Below are positions 12,753 through 13,316 of a stretch of DNA of 13,316 nucleotides, piece after piece. Source of the stretch: Candidatus Cryosericum sp. GTDB taxonomy: Bacteria; Caldisericota; Caldisericia; Cryosericales; Cryosericaceae. The DNA is taken from contig JBNAWM010000001.1 of assembly GCA_049699855.1 (NCBI GenBank), positions 30,537-43,852 of the forward strand, given 5' to 3'. Position 1 is the stretch's first letter. Every line of letters begins with the position of its first letter. The notes beneath the pieces were generated by a model. That model did no database searches, had not been told where the DNA came from, and saw only the letters and a list, made by a program, of their open reading frames with translations. The translations under genes and the position numbers were made by a program.

Positions 12753-13316
12753 CTAGTCAAACAAGTCAAGGCCCTTGAATAAACCGCTCAAGCCCTTGAA
12801 TGAGCGCTTCTTCTTTTGTGTTGCAGCGCCGTCTCCACGTATACCGAGTTCAAGCAACCCGATAGCAGTCGAAAAACCAGGATTCTTAAACGAACTGAAA
12901 ACAACGTCATCAACGGTCGGCTGACCCATTCTGGCCCGGAGACCGGTAATCTCAGAGAATTTATCGGTAATGTGCGCTACCATCGCAGTCCCACCCGTCA
13001 GTACAAGACCCGCGGGGAGCATGTTGTTGTAACTGGAGTGAACCAGCTCAAGCTTGACAGCCTCGGCGATCTCCTCGATCCTTGACGTCACGACGTCACT
13101 GATATAAGACTTGGTCGTGGCAAGCACCCCATCTCCTGATGCGGTGGAGTAGCTGACCTGGGTATCCTGAAAGTCTTTTGCTCTGCTCGCATCGACCGAT
13201 CCGTAGGCAATCTTCAACTCTTCAGCCACATTGAGGCTGGTTTTGAGCATCATTGCAAGGTCCATTGTTACATGCCTTCCGCCAATGGGAAGGACTGCAA
13301 TATAGCTAAGACTTCC
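12753..13316 (-). CDS. ftsA: Cell division protein FtsA, C-terminal part (5' end outside the window)
   Basis: The frame is open to the window edge: ...LPIGGRHVTMDLA.....AEELKIAYG, R.EEI, GLVLTGGTA, P.FSTAIGL, and a C-terminal amphipathic membrane helix FKGLSGLFKGLDLF; directly upstream of ftsZ. Confidence 0.95.
   Translation of the reverse strand, partial: GSLSYIAVLPIGGRHVTMDLAMMLKTSLNVAEELKIAYGSVDASRAKDFQDTQVSYSTASGDGVLATTKSYISDVVTSRIEEIAEAVKLELVHSSYNNMLPAGLVLTGGTAMVAHITDKFSEITGLRARMGQPTVDDVVFSSFKNPGFSTAIGLLELGIRGDGAATQKKKRSFKGLSGLFKGLDLFD

Overview
A compact bacterial housekeeping region with every recognisable gene on the minus strand. In transcription order (right to left): ftsA (3' part), ftsZ, yggS, DUF167/yggU, lspA, an S4-less RluA/RluD-family pseudouridine synthase, smpB, an 883-aa SH3/AMIN-like/stalk/Amidase_3 cell-wall amidase, murI, rdgB, seven CCA-encoding tRNA genes (Pro-TGG, Arg-TCT, His-GTG, Arg-CCT, Arg-TCG, Lys-CTT, Leu-TAG), tig, clpP, clpX and lon (5' part). 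A perfect TTGACA-N16-TATAAT promoter lies inside the tRNA cluster. I see no mobile element, CRISPR array or defence island, and no clearly new multi-gene system. The points of interest are deviations inside conserved genes: an SmpB lacking the GKKxxDKR tail motif, a trigger factor with a shrunken FKBP domain, an FtsZ with two acidic loop insertions, a pseudouridine synthase with no S4 domain, a tRNA-Arg(UCG), and a tRNA-Leu ending only 14 nt before the tig start codon. The Firmicutes-like gene order with divergent proteins suggests a deep-branching lineage; Caldisericota is a low-confidence guess. Comparisons with E. coli or B. subtilis residues are from memory and need confirming by alignment.
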